A DNA stretch of 15,847 bases from an uncultured Myxococcales bacterium (GCA_964013405.1 CAXGWI010000082.1:1-15847), one strand, 5' to 3'; shown: positions 1 through 8,466, numbered from the stretch's first letter. Notes: generated by a model from the sequence alone, not told the origin. Translations and numbers: made by a program.

Positions 1-194
1 CCTTGGGTCTGCAGTTCAACCCGGCCAGCCCGGTCACGGTTGAGAACTTCATCGCTTTCCACAACCTTGTGGGCAACGCGCCGAAGCTTCCCGGTCAGGA
101 TGGATTCGACACCTACGCAGCTGATCTGCGTGCTGCTCGTGACATCCTTGCCGCGGCCTACGGCTTCAACGCTGCAAATGTCGAAAGCTGGTAA
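1..194 (+). CDS. 3' end of a DUF4856-family (probably lipo)protein, truncated by the window edge
   Basis: Frame is open from the edge to TAA at 192-194. The translation LGLQFNPASP...GNAPKL...YAADLRAARDILAAAYGFNAANVESW resembles the DUF4856 C-terminus as I recall it (GLQFNP...ARD.L...YGF...NV..W). It lies 3 nt upstream of an imelysin gene, the usual context. The TTG at 3 is not a real start. Confidence 0.75.
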   Translation, partial: LGLQFNPASPVTVENFIAFHNLVGNAPKLPGQDGFDTYAADLRAARDILAAAYGFNAANVESW

Positions 195-197
195 ATC

Positions 198-1343
198 ATG
201 AGAGTCTTTCTTCCACTCCTCGGTTTGGTGGCTCTGGGCGCTTGTCATACTGAGCACCATGATGAGTCTCAGGACGCTGGGCCGGGGGGTGGGGAGAGCT
301 TTGATCGGAAAGCGGCGGCGGTGACTGTGGTCACCGGCGCCGTTTTGCCGTTTCAATCCACCTTTACGACCAGTCTTAATGCGCTGAAGTCTGCGGTGGA
401 TGCTCGTGATCTCGATGGGTCCAAGACGGCCTGGGGTGAAAGCATGTCGGCCTGGCAGCGCTTAGAAGCCCTTCAGTTTGGACCCGCGGGTGAAGAAGGT
501 TCTTTTGCCGGTGGTGGTGGTTGGGGGGACCAGATTCATTCCTGGCCGCTCACCAACACCTGCGCCATCGAGAGAGCTTATGTGGATCCCACGGCCAAGG
601 ATCCCGCTTGGTTTGATGCCAAGTTGGTCAACATCTATGGTCTCGATGCCTTGGAATACGTACTGTACGAGGCACCAACCCAAACCACCTGCCCAGCCAT
701 CGTCAATGTTCAGCCTGAATTTGATGCGCTGGGAGCCGATGGCCTGGAGCAAAGCCGCTGGGCCTATGCCGATGCGGTGGTTGCGAATCTGATCGCCGAT
801 GCGTCGGCACTGGATGCGGCATGGCAAGGCTATACAGCCCTTATTGAAGCCGCCGGTACCGACGGCTCAGACTTCGACAAGGAGCGCTGTCCGCTGGATC
901 AAGTGGCAGCCGCTCTCTTTTACGTCGATCAGCAAGTCAAAGATGCTAAACTCGCCATCCCGGGGGGGCTCTCCCCTGAATGCGAGAACGAAAACTGTCC
1001 GGATCGGGTGGAGCACCCCTGGAGCCAGCGCTCCAGAGAAGCGCTGATCGCCAATCTCGAGGGTTTCCATGCGGCTTTTGAGGCTGGCGGATTGTTCGCC
1101 ATCCTTGAAGCCCACAGCGATGAAGGCAAGACCCTCGCTGCTGAGTTAAAAAGCAGCACGGAAACGGCCATCGCAGCGCTGCAGGCTGAAACGACACCCC
1201 TCGCCGAGTTGGTGGTCGCTCAGCCCCAGCGTGTGGCGGAGATCCACACGAAGGTCCGGGCCATCACCACGCTCTTTAAGAGCCAACTGGTGAGCCTCAT
1301 TAACCTCGAGCTGCCCAATGAGGGCGCTGCGGACAATGACTGA
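198..1343 (+). CDS. Imelysin-like (Peptidase_M75 family) lipoprotein, probable iron/metal-binding protein
   Basis: Lipoprotein signal peptide with lipobox LGAC. Motifs AWQRLEALQFGP, IHSWP and GLDALEYVLY (639-659, variant of the GxHxxE site), helical composition and the typical ending EGAADND. Confidence 0.9.
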   Translation: MRVFLPLLGLVALGACHTEHHDESQDAGPGGGESFDRKAAAVTVVTGAVLPFQSTFTTSLNALKSAVDARDLDGSKTAWGESMSAWQRLEALQFGPAGEEGSFAGGGGWGDQIHSWPLTNTCAIERAYVDPTAKDPAWFDAKLVNIYGLDALEYVLYEAPTQTTCPAIVNVQPEFDALGADGLEQSRWAYADAVVANLIADASALDAAWQGYTALIEAAGTDGSDFDKERCPLDQVAAALFYVDQQVKDAKLAIPGGLSPECENENCPDRVEHPWSQRSREALIANLEGFHAAFEAGGLFAILEAHSDEGKTLAAELKSSTETAIAALQAETTPLAELVVAQPQRVAEIHTKVRAITTLFKSQLVSLINLELPNEGAADND

Positions 1344-2697
1344 ACGGCTCACGCGGCCGGTCGATCTTCGCAGCCTTGGCGCCTTTCGGATCCTGCTAGG
1401 GGGTTTACTCCTCTACGGTGAACTCCGTTATTTAACCTCTGGCTGGATTCCCCTGCAGTTCGGAGAGTCCAGCTACTTCTTTAAATACCTCGGTGCCGAA
1501 TGGGCGCCGACGTGGACGCCGGCTGGGGTGAGTCTTCACCACGGGATCCTGGCGGTTTTAGCGCTTAGTATTTTGGTCGGGTGGCGTTTTCGCCTCTGTG
1601 CCGCTCTCTACTGCGTGGGATTCACCTTCGCCCAGTTGATGGATGCCACCAATTACCTAAATCATTATTACCAGGTCGCCCTGCTCACCTTTCTCGTCGC
1701 CTGGATGCCCCTGGGTCATGCCTATGGACTCGATGGCCGACGGGCCGGCTCCGCACGTCAGCAGCAGGCACCAGCATGGATGCTCTATCTCCTGAGGTTT
1801 CAGGTGGCGGTGGTCTATCTCCATGCGGCCATCGCCAAAATTGGCTCCGATTGGCTCCTCTATGGCCAGCCCATGGACATTTGGCTCGCCTCTCGAACGG
1901 AAACGCCGCTGATCGGCTGGTTGAACCAGTTCGCGTGGATGCCCGTCGCCATGAGCTGGGGCGGCTTTCTTTTTGATGCCACCATCGTCGGCTGGCTTCT
2001 ATGGTCTCGCTCCAGGCCCTTTGCTTACGCGGTCGTGGTCGTCTTTCACCTCATGACTCATCTACTCTTCAATATTGGTCTCTTCCCCTGGATCATGATG
2101 ATCTCCACAACCCTGTTCTTTGCCCCGGACTGGCCTCAGCGCTTGGCTCGCCGTGTCGGGGGTTGGAAGGGGACACCCGTGGCGACTCTTCAGGCCCCAG
2201 AGCCTATGTCCCCTCGGCCGATCTTGGTCGCAGCGCTGGCGGGTTGGGTGCTCTTTCAAGGCTTGTTCCCCCTGCGGAGTTTGGCCGTGCCGGGCAATGT
2301 GTTGTGGCATGAACAGGGAATGCGATTTTCTTGGCGGGTCATGGTGCGAGAAAAGAACGCCAGTTTGGACTACCGGATTAAGGATCGAGCCAGCGGACGG
2401 GTTTGGCATGTGAACCCAAAACGCTATTTGACCTGGCGTCAGTTGGGGGAGATGAGCCCGCAGCCGATGATGGTGGTGCAGATGGCTCGACACATCGCCG
2501 ATGAGTTCGAGCGGGACCGGGGGCTTGATGTGGCCGTCTTCGCCGACGTGGAAGCCTCCCTCAACGGCCGTGCACCTCAGCCACTTATCGACCCTGAGGT
2601 GGACTTAACGCAGATCAACTTGTGGAGCGCAGACCGGTCTTGGATTCTGCCCGGGCCCACGGGCCCACCACCTAGCCGCTGGGTTGCAAAAAAATGA
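1336..2697 (+). CDS. HTTM-domain / vitamin K-dependent gamma-carboxylase-like membrane protein
   Basis: Motifs SLGAFRILLG, NYLNHYY, YLHAAIAKIGSDWL, FHLMTHLLFNIGLFP, RFSWRVMVREK and SLNGRAPQPLIDPEVDL, with several TM segments. ATG 1336 is preferred over 1318 because of the ATGACTGA overlap with the imelysin stop. Confidence 0.93.
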   Translation: MTERLTRPVDLRSLGAFRILLGGLLLYGELRYLTSGWIPLQFGESSYFFKYLGAEWAPTWTPAGVSLHHGILAVLALSILVGWRFRLCAALYCVGFTFAQLMDATNYLNHYYQVALLTFLVAWMPLGHAYGLDGRRAGSARQQQAPAWMLYLLRFQVAVVYLHAAIAKIGSDWLLYGQPMDIWLASRTETPLIGWLNQFAWMPVAMSWGGFLFDATIVGWLLWSRSRPFAYAVVVVFHLMTHLLFNIGLFPWIMMISTTLFFAPDWPQRLARRVGGWKGTPVATLQAPEPMSPRPILVAALAGWVLFQGLFPLRSLAVPGNVLWHEQGMRFSWRVMVREKNASLDYRIKDRASGRVWHVNPKRYLTWRQLGEMSPQPMMVVQMARHIADEFERDRGLDVAVFADVEASLNGRAPQPLIDPEVDLTQINLWSADRSWILPGPTGPPPSRWVAKK

Positions 2698-4844
2698 CGT
2701 CTTCTCTCTTCCTTTCACTGCTTCTGGCCGGTGATGGCAGCATCACGATCGTGGGTCAGAAAGATCGCCGCAACCGGACCTCAGGTTCCGTCCACCAAGT
2801 GGATGAAGAAGAACTGGAACGCTTCGAAGAAGACGACGTTCATCAGGTGCTCGCCAAGGTGCCCGGTGTCTATGCCCGCGACGAAGAAGGCTTTGGCCTA
2901 AGACCGAACATCGGTTTGCGAGGGGCCAGTGCTGAGCGCAGCGCCAAAGTGACCTTGATGGAGGATGGCATCCTCATTGCGCCTGCCCCTTATGCTGCGC
3001 CTGCGGCTTATTTCTTTCCCCTCACGACGCGCATGACGCAGGTGGAGGTTTTCAAGGGGCCTTCGGCCGTGGGCTATGGGCCCCAAACCATCGGCGGTGC
3101 CGTCAACATGATCAGCCGTCCTCGCCCCCGGGAGGGCTCTCTGGCTCGTCTCGATCTGGGTTACGGCAGTTTCAATGCGTCCAAAGGCCACTTGGCCTTG
3201 GGGCATCGTGTTGGAAGTTTCTCTGCCTTGCTCGAGGGCATTCACCTGCGGGCCGATGGCTTTAAAACCTTCAGTGATGGCAGCCCTGCCGGTGGCTTTG
3301 AAAAGAATGAATGGTTGGTGAAGTTGGGCTGGGGCGATCCACCGAAGCCTGGTCTTCGGCAGGATCTGGAACTCCGGTTGGGGTTTGCCGATGAAAGCTC
3401 GGGCTCCAGCTATTTGGGCGTCCACATCGACGATGTCGTGACCGCACCTTATCAGCGCTATGATGCCAGCAAATTGGACCAGATGCGCTGGGAGCATCTG
3501 CGCGGCAGCTTGCGGCACCGGTTGCGCTTTGGGCCGGGCAAGTTCATCGAGTCGACCCTTTATCATCACCGCTTCCATCGAGATTGGTTCAAGGTGGCTC
3601 ATTTTCGGGGCGGGCCCAGTCTTCGGGATTTGATGCAATCCCCAGACCGGGGCGAAGCGGCGGTCTATCTCGCCCTGCTGCGGGGCCAGGAGAGCGGAAC
3701 CATTCGGCAAGAGGAGTTGATGCTGGGCGGAAATGATCGCTATTTTTACAGTCAAGGACTGCAAACAGATCTGGCTTGGCGCTGGCGCAGCAAAGACTGG
3801 AAGTTGGCGCTTCGCAGTGGACTTCGTTTGCACAATGATCAGGTGGAACGGGACCAACGAGAGGACCCTTATCAGTTGGTTGAAGGGCAGGTGGTGCGCA
3901 CTGATGGCGCCCAAATTATCGGCTCCGCCAACTTGGCATGGGCCCGTGCGCTGGCGCTCCACAGTACTTTTGAGTTCGCCTGGAAGAAACGGCTTTGGCT
4001 GACGCCCGGCCTTCGCTTTGAAGCCATTCGTAATGGCTTCACCGATCGGGTTCGGGGTGAGCGGAAGGACGAACTGACCCAATGGATTCCTTTACCGGGC
4101 ATAGGGGCCTTTTGGCGACCCAGCGAGGCACCTTTTGGTTTGCTGGCTGGCCTTTATCGGGGCTTCAGTCCTGTGGGGCCCGGGCAGAACCCTGATGTGG
4201 AACCCGAGTCAGCCACCAACTACGAAGCCGGGGCCCGTTGGTTTCACGACCGCTACCATGTGGAGATGATTGGGTTTCTCAACGACTACAGCAACCTCAC
4301 CGCACGCTGCACTCAATCCCAGGGTTGCGGTACCGCCCAGTTGAATCAGCAATTCAATGGCGGTGCGGTCCGGATTCACGGGCTCGAGTTGATGACAAAG
4401 CTCAAGCAGGAACTCGGGGCTGGCGTCATCGCCGAAATCGCCGGCAACCTCACCTGGACACGAACCGCCTTCCAGACCGAGTTCAACAGCAGCTTTGGGC
4501 CCTTCGGTCAGGTGGAAGTTGGCGATGAGCTTCCCTATGTGCCCCGTCTTCAGGGGAGCGTGAACCTAAGCCTGCTAAGGGCGCCCTTTGGCATCAACTG
4601 GCAAAGCAAAGGCCGCAGTGAGCAGCGAGACAGTGCAGGACAAGGAGAGCTCATCGACCGGGATCGCATCGACGGACACCTCATCCATGATCTGTCCCTA
4701 ACCTACGATGTCACCAAGCGCTTTCGGCTCTATGGCACCGCCTACAACCTCACCGACCGAGTCTACGTGAGCTCGCTGCGCCCTTACGGCCCCCGCCCCG
4801 GCGCACCTCGCCGCCTGATGGGTGGGCTTAAGCTCACCTATTAG
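2694..4844 (+). CDS. TonB-dependent outer-membrane receptor, FecA-like family
   Basis: TonB-box-like SITIVG, plug motifs VPGVYARDEEGFGLRPNIGLRG and EVFKGPSAVGYGPQTIGGAVN, amphipathic beta strands, and C-terminal NLTDRVY...PGAPR...LKLTY with an aromatic end. ATGA overlap with the upstream gene. Confidence 0.95.
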   Translation: MTSSLFLSLLLAGDGSITIVGQKDRRNRTSGSVHQVDEEELERFEEDDVHQVLAKVPGVYARDEEGFGLRPNIGLRGASAERSAKVTLMEDGILIAPAPYAAPAAYFFPLTTRMTQVEVFKGPSAVGYGPQTIGGAVNMISRPRPREGSLARLDLGYGSFNASKGHLALGHRVGSFSALLEGIHLRADGFKTFSDGSPAGGFEKNEWLVKLGWGDPPKPGLRQDLELRLGFADESSGSSYLGVHIDDVVTAPYQRYDASKLDQMRWEHLRGSLRHRLRFGPGKFIESTLYHHRFHRDWFKVAHFRGGPSLRDLMQSPDRGEAAVYLALLRGQESGTIRQEELMLGGNDRYFYSQGLQTDLAWRWRSKDWKLALRSGLRLHNDQVERDQREDPYQLVEGQVVRTDGAQIIGSANLAWARALALHSTFEFAWKKRLWLTPGLRFEAIRNGFTDRVRGERKDELTQWIPLPGIGAFWRPSEAPFGLLAGLYRGFSPVGPGQNPDVEPESATNYEAGARWFHDRYHVEMIGFLNDYSNLTARCTQSQGCGTAQLNQQFNGGAVRIHGLELMTKLKQELGAGVIAEIAGNLTWTRTAFQTEFNSSFGPFGQVEVGDELPYVPRLQGSVNLSLLRAPFGINWQSKGRSEQRDSAGQGELIDRDRIDGHLIHDLSLTYDVTKRFRLYGTAYNLTDRVYVSSLRPYGPRPGAPRRLMGGLKLTY

Positions 4845-4863
4845 TACTTGGATGAACCTTTTC

Positions 4864-5949
4864 TCAGGGGTCGACGAAGTAGCCATCCCATTGGCAGATA
4901 CAGCCGGCGGGTCGATCACAGCGAGCGTCTCGTAGACCGGACTCGCCGGGGCGGATCCAGCCACAGGTCTGACCATCCTCATCGGCATCCTCAAAATTCG
5001 GATGCCCGGGAAGCCAGGGGTCATAGTCTTCGGTTGTCATGCCTGTAGACCATTGCCATTCACCATCTTCATCACCTGAATTCCAGGCGAACATTCCCGT
5101 CCAATAGGCCGCTTCGGCTGGATCGAGCGCTTGGCTGATCGCTTCTATCTTGGCTTGGGAATCAAGGGCTGCAGACCAAGATTCTCGATCCATGCAGAAG
5201 GATTCGCAGGCGAGCCAACCAGCGCTCAAGTCCGGGTTCGGACGCACTGCATCTTCCGGGCAAATCCAAAATACGCTGAGGCCATCTGGGCTTGGGGTCG
5301 CCTCACAGCCGGCCGGGGGTTCGGGGAAAGGCAGTTTGCAATCGTTACTACAATCGTCGTCATCGATGTCGTTGCCATCGTCACACTGTTCGACGGATGG
5401 TTCGGTGTCGGTTCGATGAATGCCGTCGCCACAGCGGGCCCGCTGGCAAGCATTGGTGCAGCCATCCTGATCCCAATCATTGTTGTCGTCGCAGGCCTCA
5501 TAACCTTCGTCGCCCTCACGCAGGTCCTGCCGGACAATTCCATCACCGCATTCGGCGGCGACGCAGCCTTCCTTGCAGCCGTCGGTGTCCAAATCGTTGG
5601 CATCGTCACAGGCTTCCACACCGTCGTGGACATAGCCATCACCACATTCTGCTGTCCGGCAATCATCGATGCAGTCGTCATTGTTGTTGGTGTTGGCATC
5701 GTCACAGCTCTCGTAGCCCCGCTCGCCTTCCGGGATGTCTTTGCGCACCGCACCATCGCCACAGCGAGCGGCTTGGCACAGGGTGGTACAGTCGTCCTCG
5801 TTGTTGAGATTACCGTCATCGCAGCCTTCGCCGCTTTCGACGATGCTATTGCCACATTGGCTCGGAGGCTCTGGGGGAGGGACTTCGGTGGGGGCAGGAC
5901 AGGCCAGCCAAAGCGGCAGGAGAAGAGCGATGTAAACGGGACGGTTCAT
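4864..5949 (-). CDS. Lipoprotein with 5 Myxococcus-type Cys-rich repeats (DUF4215-like) and a C-terminal C-type lectin-like domain
   Basis: Lipobox WLAC and a Pro-rich linker, then 5 CGxx...CDDxN...C...C units. The head shows W..CESFC, YWTG, WQWSTG, PWLPGHPN, C, LRDARC and CICQ, the C-type lectin pattern. Confidence 0.88.
   Translation of the reverse strand: MNRPVYIALLLPLWLACPAPTEVPPPEPPSQCGNSIVESGEGCDDGNLNNEDDCTTLCQAARCGDGAVRKDIPEGERGYESCDDANTNNNDDCIDDCRTAECGDGYVHDGVEACDDANDLDTDGCKEGCVAAECGDGIVRQDLREGDEGYEACDDNNDWDQDGCTNACQRARCGDGIHRTDTEPSVEQCDDGNDIDDDDCSNDCKLPFPEPPAGCEATPSPDGLSVFWICPEDAVRPNPDLSAGWLACESFCMDRESWSAALDSQAKIEAISQALDPAEAAYWTGMFAWNSGDEDGEWQWSTGMTTEDYDPWLPGHPNFEDADEDGQTCGWIRPGESGLRDARCDRPAGCICQWDGYFVDP
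5338..5856 (-). repeat. 5 intragenic Cys/Asp-rich repeats (4 Cys each)
   Basis: Counted in the translation, from CGNSIVESGEGCDDGN to CSNDC. Confidence 0.9.
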
Positions 5950-5976
5950 TGGGAACCCTTTTTTGAAGGTCTGAAG

Positions 5977-6888
5977 CTATCGCACATAGACATGAATGCA
6001 GCCGCTCGCAGATTGCGGGTCATGGGTCCAACTGTTGCCGGCACCCCGGTGGCTCACCCCATTGTAGCGACCGATCTCATCGATCTGACCCCATTTCATG
6101 CCGTCCTGCTACCACACATGGCAACTGCAGCCAAAGGTCGGGATGTCATAGACCTCACCCCCACCGTTGTTATGCTCCCAAATCATGGAGCAGTTCGGGC
6201 CACTGGAGCCGTTGAGGGGGGTGCCAATTTGGTAACAGCGGTTGGCCGTTCCATCCCGCTGGGTGCCATCGAGCAACAGCTGCACATGGTTGACATCAGC
6301 GATCGCGGCTTCCCAGCTAAAGAGATAGCCTGGTCGCTCCCCGAAATCGCTGGCGAAGCGGACCCGCTGGGGCTCCATGGCTGCCACCGTATCGTAGGGG
6401 AGGCTGGTGACCGGTTGGTTTGAGACCGGTCTGATTGGCGTGTCATGGGAGAGACCGTCGGCTCGTGCATCGCCACCGCCGTCCTGGCACATGATGTAGA
6501 CGAGCCCCCAACCGCCCTCCGCATCATCCATATCGCAGTGGATCTCGAAGGCATCATCTCCGTTGCCGCCGTTGGGATCCACCCAATAGAGACCGGATTC
6601 GGTCTGCGGCCGTTCGGCCAAAATAGAGCGGCAATTTTGGGCCGGTCGGGCCGCTGAGCCCAGCTCGTTGGCCACGCACGCATTCGTGCAAGCATCATTG
6701 TCTTCACCATTGCCATCATCACAGGCTTCGACGCCCTCATGGACGACGCCATCACCGCAGCCGGCATCGTCGCAGTCGTTCAAACAGGCGTCGGTGTTGA
6801 CCTCATTGCCATCGTCGCAGTCTTCCACACCGAGATAGACGATGCCGTCGCCGCAACGGGCCGGCCTGCAGGTGTCGAACGGTGCGAT
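5977..6888 (-). pseudogene. 5'-truncated Cys-rich-repeat plus fibrinogen-like (YCDxxxxGGGW-type) gene with an internal TAG
   Basis: Manual translation: the frame is bounded by TGA at 6889-6891 and repeat sequence starts mid-unit ([24 protein letters not shown]) with no signal peptide. The GTG at 6828 lies inside a repeat. The head has [24 protein letters not shown]. After TAG 6109-6111 the frame continues for 43 codons to ...GCIHVYVR-TAG (5977-5979), a natural domain end. Confidence 0.8.
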
Positions 6889-6969
6889 TCAGCCAAGCTC
6901 CCTGTCAAGTTGGCGGGAAACTTTCCGCGGCGAGTTGCTGCCGTTACAAAGAGCCTATATGGGGGACAG

Positions 6970-8403
6970 ATGCGAGAATTTTGGCGACTTTCTTTTGGCG
7001 TCCTCGTCACATGCTCCTTGGCCCTGAACCCATCCACTGCCCAGGCCTCCAGCGTCGGCGATCGGGAAGTGGGCCTTGCAGGGGCGGTGATCGCCACGGG
7101 CTGGGAGCCCTCGGCCATCCACTACAATCCCGCAGGACTCGCCCGCTTGCAGCGAGGCTCCCTCTCCCTATCGGCCAACGCATATCAATACGAGACCCGC
7201 CAGTTAGCCGGCTTCGTGCGGAGCTTTGATGATGACGGTAATGCGGTTGAAAGCCAGTATGAATCCAGCGGCTTCATGAGCTTTCCAGCGAGTATGATCT
7301 ACGCCTTCCCCCTCAAACTCGGCTCGCTGCGCGCCGGGGCCGCCGCCGGGCTGTTGGTGCCTGAAGCCGGTGAACTTCATGAAGTCGACACCATGGACGA
7401 AGGTTTTTGGGCGACCCATTGGGATCAAACCACCCGCCGCAGTGTCTATGTGCCGACGGTGGGGCTTGGTTTCGGTGCTGCCCGCTGGTCTTTGGGTCTG
7501 GCCCTCAACCTGCGCATCGCCCAGACCTTGGAGCAGAGCTACTACAGCGATGGCAGCATCGAGGAAGACACGGACAGCGATGGCATGAACTATCAGGACA
7601 TGGCTTTTCGCAGCACCGACCTGACGACGGTTTCGCTGAGCCCATCGGTGGGCCTGCAGCTGGCTTTGCCCAAGGCCTGGTACCTCGGCTTGACCGCCCA
7701 AATGCCGGGTCTTCACCTTTACGGCGCCGGCAAGGTGAGTGCGGTGGCTTTTGAGGGCTTTCCCGACGTCTTTTGTGACCCCAGCGACCCGGACAGCATT
7801 CCCGGCTGTTGGTTCTTTCGCGATGTGGAGACCACGGCCAGCGCCCGTGAAGCCAGCCAAGGGCATCTTCAGGTCGGGCTGGGGCGGCGCCAGGCCGGTG
7901 CGAGGGACGCTTTCGAGCTCACCGCCGGTTATTGGCTCGCGGCCATCGAACCCGATGCCTTGGTCACCGATGTGGACGAAACCGATGAGGATCTCGACTA
8001 TGTGGACTTTGGTGACCACGCCATCGAGCGCCCAGCTGCGTGGTCCGTGGCGTTCGGCTGGGAGCGCCAGATCCGACCAGAAACCGTGATCCGCCTCGGC
8101 CTATCCCACCGTGAGGACGCCGCAGATCTGGTGGCGAGCGAGGATAACCACTTTGCCCAGATCTGGAGCCAGACCGGGCTCAGCATCGGCTGGGGTCGCC
8201 GCCGGGCGGCGACGGCGAGACAGAAGGCCTCCAGCACCGACTTAGCCCTTCGCGTCGAGCACCTCGGGGGCCAAGCGGTGGGCGTTGAATGGGGGGCCCC
8301 CGACGCAGGCTCGGGGGAGGCAAGCTACACCTATCAGCGGGTCGAAGGCAGTGGCTTCCGTATCCTTTTCATCCTGGGTGGCTCATTGGATCTGGGCGAC
8401 TAG
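6970..8403 (+). CDS. Outer-membrane beta-barrel, FadL/OmpP1/TodX-like
   Basis: SD-like GGGGGA before ATG 6970 and a Sec signal peptide ending AQA. N-terminal GDREVGLAGAVIA...AIHYNPAGLARL contains the family NPA motif, followed by alternating beta strands. The ORF-track start at 6739 is an antisense extension over the neighbouring gene. Confidence 0.8.
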   Translation: MREFWRLSFGVLVTCSLALNPSTAQASSVGDREVGLAGAVIATGWEPSAIHYNPAGLARLQRGSLSLSANAYQYETRQLAGFVRSFDDDGNAVESQYESSGFMSFPASMIYAFPLKLGSLRAGAAAGLLVPEAGELHEVDTMDEGFWATHWDQTTRRSVYVPTVGLGFGAARWSLGLALNLRIAQTLEQSYYSDGSIEEDTDSDGMNYQDMAFRSTDLTTVSLSPSVGLQLALPKAWYLGLTAQMPGLHLYGAGKVSAVAFEGFPDVFCDPSDPDSIPGCWFFRDVETTASAREASQGHLQVGLGRRQAGARDAFELTAGYWLAAIEPDALVTDVDETDEDLDYVDFGDHAIERPAAWSVAFGWERQIRPETVIRLGLSHREDAADLVASEDNHFAQIWSQTGLSIGWGRRRAATARQKASSTDLALRVEHLGGQAVGVEWGAPDAGSGEASYTYQRVEGSGFRILFILGGSLDLGD

Positions 8404-8431
8404 CCTGGCGTAGAGGCGAGATCACGGAGGC

Positions 8432-8460
8432 TTGTCAGGCCGCTCTCGAGCCTTCATCTT
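8432..8460 (+). promoter_or_regulatory. Putative sigma70-type promoter TTGTCA-N17-CATCTT
   Basis: -35 matches 5/6 of consensus, the spacer is 17 nt, and the -10 keeps A2, T3 and T6. The predicted TSS falls at about the ATG at 8467. Confidence 0.45.
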
Positions 8461-8466
8461 GCATTT

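Noticed and set aside
5950..5979. The remnant and the lectin gene are in the same frame with no further stop between them, suggesting a fusion
   Set aside because: The downstream gene has its own lipoprotein signal and the upstream one ends at a natural domain boundary, so coincidence is likely.
6109..6111. Amber recoding (pyrrolysine or an alternative code)
   Set aside because: TAG ends several intact genes here at natural C-termini, and no pyl genes are present in the window.
5131..6423. 430-aa + strand ORF, and similar long ORFs at 2898-4082, 10856-11539 and 10881-11705
   Set aside because: These are antisense or off-frame shadows of GC-rich, repetitive genes with no recognisable motifs, and they overlap well-supported CDSs.
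4864..6888. Diversity-generating retroelement targeting the lectin or fibrinogen heads
   Set aside because: No reverse transcriptase and no template/variable repeat pair differing at adenines was seen in the window.
6880..6909. Perfect TTGACA on the minus strand (6909-6904) upstream of the truncated gene
   Set aside because: There is no convincing -10 at 17 nt (only CACCGT at 18 nt) and no in-frame start with a signal peptide downstream.
6739..6969. ORF-track N-terminal extension of the FadL-like gene
   Set aside because: It is antisense to the repeat remnant; the SD and signal peptide indicate ATG 6970.
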